64,000 nt of DNA from Eledone cirrhosa. Taxonomy: Eukaryota. The stretch lies in NCBI GenBank assembly GCA_964016885.1, contig OZ024756.1, positions 42,966,001-43,030,000 on the forward strand. Reading direction: 5' to 3'. Both the position numbers and the translations under genes were made by a program. The notes under the pieces were generated by a model. It was not told the origin of the DNA and did no database searches. It saw nothing but the letters and a program-made list of their open reading frames with translations. Within the stretch, counting starts at the first letter, position 1. Each line of letters begins with the position of its first letter. Below, in pieces: positions 62,501-64,000 of the stretch.

Positions 62501-64000
62501 TTGCACACACACTAGAGACAGACATTGGACACACACTAGAGACAGACATTGGACAAACACTAGAGACAGACATTGGACACACACTAGAGACAGACATTGG
62601 ACACACACTAGAGACAGACATTGGACACACACTAGAGACAGACATGGGACACACACTAGTGACAGATATTGCACACACACTAGAGACAGACATTGGACGC
62701 ACACTAGAGACAGACATTGGACACACACCAAAGAAACAGACATTGGACGCACACTAGAGACAGACATTGGACACACACTAGATACAGACATTGGACACAC
62801 ACTAGAGACAGACATTGGACACACACACTAGAGACAGACATTGGACACACACACTAGAGACGGACATTGGACACACACTAGTGACAGACATTGGACACAC
62901 ACTAGAGACAGACATTGGACACACAATAGAAACAGACATTGGACACACACTAGAGATAGACATTGGACACACACTAGAGACAGACATTGGACACACACTT
63001 GAGACAGACATTGGACACACACACTAGTGACAGACATTGGACACACACTAGAGACAGACATTGGACACACACCAGAGCCAGACATTGGACACACTCACTA
63101 GAGACAGACATTGGACACACACTAGAGACAGACATTGGACACATACTAGAGACAGACATTGGATACACACTACAGACAGACATTGGACACACACTAGAGA
63201 CAGACATTGGACACACACTAGAGACAGACATTGGACACACACCAGAGACAGACATTGGACACACACTAGAGACAGACATTGGACATACACACTAGAGACA
63301 GACATTGGACACACACTAGAGACAGACATTGGACACACACTAGAGACAGACATTGGACACACACTAGAGACAGACATGGGACACACACTAGTGACAGATA
63401 TTGGACACACACTAGAGACAGACATTGGACACACACTAGAGACAGACATTGGACACACACTTGAGACAGACACTGGACACACACACTAGTGACATATATT
63501 GGACACACACTAGAGACAGACATTGGACAAACGCTAGAGACAGACATTGGACACACACCAGAGACAGACATTGGACACACACACTAGAGACAGACATTGG
63601 ACACACACTAGAGACAGACATTGGACAAACACTAGAGACAGACATTGGACACACACTAGAGACAGACATTGGACACACACTAGAGACAGACATTGGACAC
63701 ACACTAGAGACAGACATGGGACACACACTAGTGACAGATATTGCACACACACTAGAGACAGACATTGGACACACACTAGAGACAGACATTGGACACACAC
63801 CAAAGACAGACATTGGACACACACAAGAGACAGACATTGGACACACATTAGAGACAGACATTGGACAAACACTAGAAACAGACATTGGACACACAATAGA
63901 AACAGACATTGGACACACACTAGAGATAGACATTGGACACACACTAGAGACAGAGATTGGATACACACTAGAAACAGACATTGGACACACACACTAGAGA

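Larger units (their letters stand above)
1..64000. repeat. Tandem satellite array, 24-bp monomer CTAGAGACAGACATTGGACACACA (22/26/28-bp length variants), ~2,600 copies, running off both window edges
   Basis: The monomer can be read on every line of the sequence, always in the same orientation. Consensus composition is A10 C6 G5 T3 (46% GC, no CpG). Most deviations are single substitutions or +/-CA. Confidence 0.99.
19000..64000. repeat. Array domain III: homogeneous higher-order repeat family built on a ~2.5-2.8-kb (~105-115 monomer) module with rearranged copies
   Basis: A fixed ordered set of markers recurs throughout: CTTGAG, TGACATATATT, ATGGG followed by TGACAGATATTG, CCAAAG/CAAGAG, AATAGAAAC, CCAGAGCC...CACTCA, GAGACGGAC, GACCTTGG. 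Offset 2552 is seen for 20995/23547, 21165/23717 and 21897/24449. Confidence 0.92.

Noticed and set aside
1-64000. Hundreds of ORFs encoding (LETDIGHT)n, (TRDRHWTH)n, (CPMSVSSV)n or (VQCLSLVC)n
   Set aside because: The 24-bp unit is divisible by 3, and the palindromic CTAG gives a stop in just one frame per strand, so four of six frames are open by construction. Frequent +/-2 CA frameshifts, no unique N- or C-terminal domains and no sign of frame preservation argue against coding.
1-64000. CRISPR array (repeat length of 24-28 bp is in range)
   Set aside because: Units abut directly with no unique spacers, leader or cas genes.
1-64000. Telomerase-made telomeric repeat (TG-rich minus strand; budding-yeast telomere units reach ~25 bp)
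   Set aside because: Kb-scale inherited variant patterns indicate recombination or duplication rather than templated synthesis. The length far exceeds such telomeres, and there is no G-rich strand. A subtelomeric location is not excluded.
1-64000. Variant order as a functional code or programmed-frameshift/phase-variation system through (CA)n slippage
   Set aside because: The variant order is explained by mutation plus block duplication. No gene, promoter or recombinase is present to read or use it.
1-64000. Non-B DNA (Z-DNA, G-quadruplex, hairpins)
   Set aside because: CA tracts are only about 3-6 dinucleotides, there are no recurrent G runs, and the only palindrome in the consensus is the 4-bp CTAG.
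1-64000. Regular BfaI (CTAG) and BsmAI (GAGAC) sites suggesting a synthetic concatemer
   Set aside because: Nested, diverged duplications look like natural satellite evolution. The sites are useful only for a diagnostic ~24-bp restriction ladder.

Overview
The whole 64 kb window is one uninterrupted head-to-tail satellite array of a 24-bp monomer, consensus CTAGAGACAGACATTGGACACACA (about 2,600 copies, estimated from 64 kb / ~24.3 bp). I saw no unique sequence, inversion, gene, RNA gene, CRISPR spacer or mobile element. All ORFs in the track (LETDIGHT, TRDRHWTH, CPMSVSSV, VQCLSLVC repeats) are artefacts of a monomer length divisible by 3. The real structure lies in the variants. (1) Monomers are 22, 24, 26 or 28 bp because of slippage in an internal (CA)n tract. 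(2) The monomer looks like a diverged dimer of a 13-bp ancestral unit. (3) There are three domains with different variant vocabularies (~1-7.5 kb, ~7.5-19 kb, ~19-64 kb). (4) Nested higher-order duplications have periods of about 0.17, 0.24, 0.35, 0.47, 1.6, 1.75, 1.9, 2.55, 2.7, 5.9 and 13.3-13.8 kb. The array is probably eukaryotic heterochromatic satellite or large minisatellite, but the organism cannot be determined. I found no support for a new gene system. Block boundaries are approximate and were read by eye from marker variants and ORF-track offsets.
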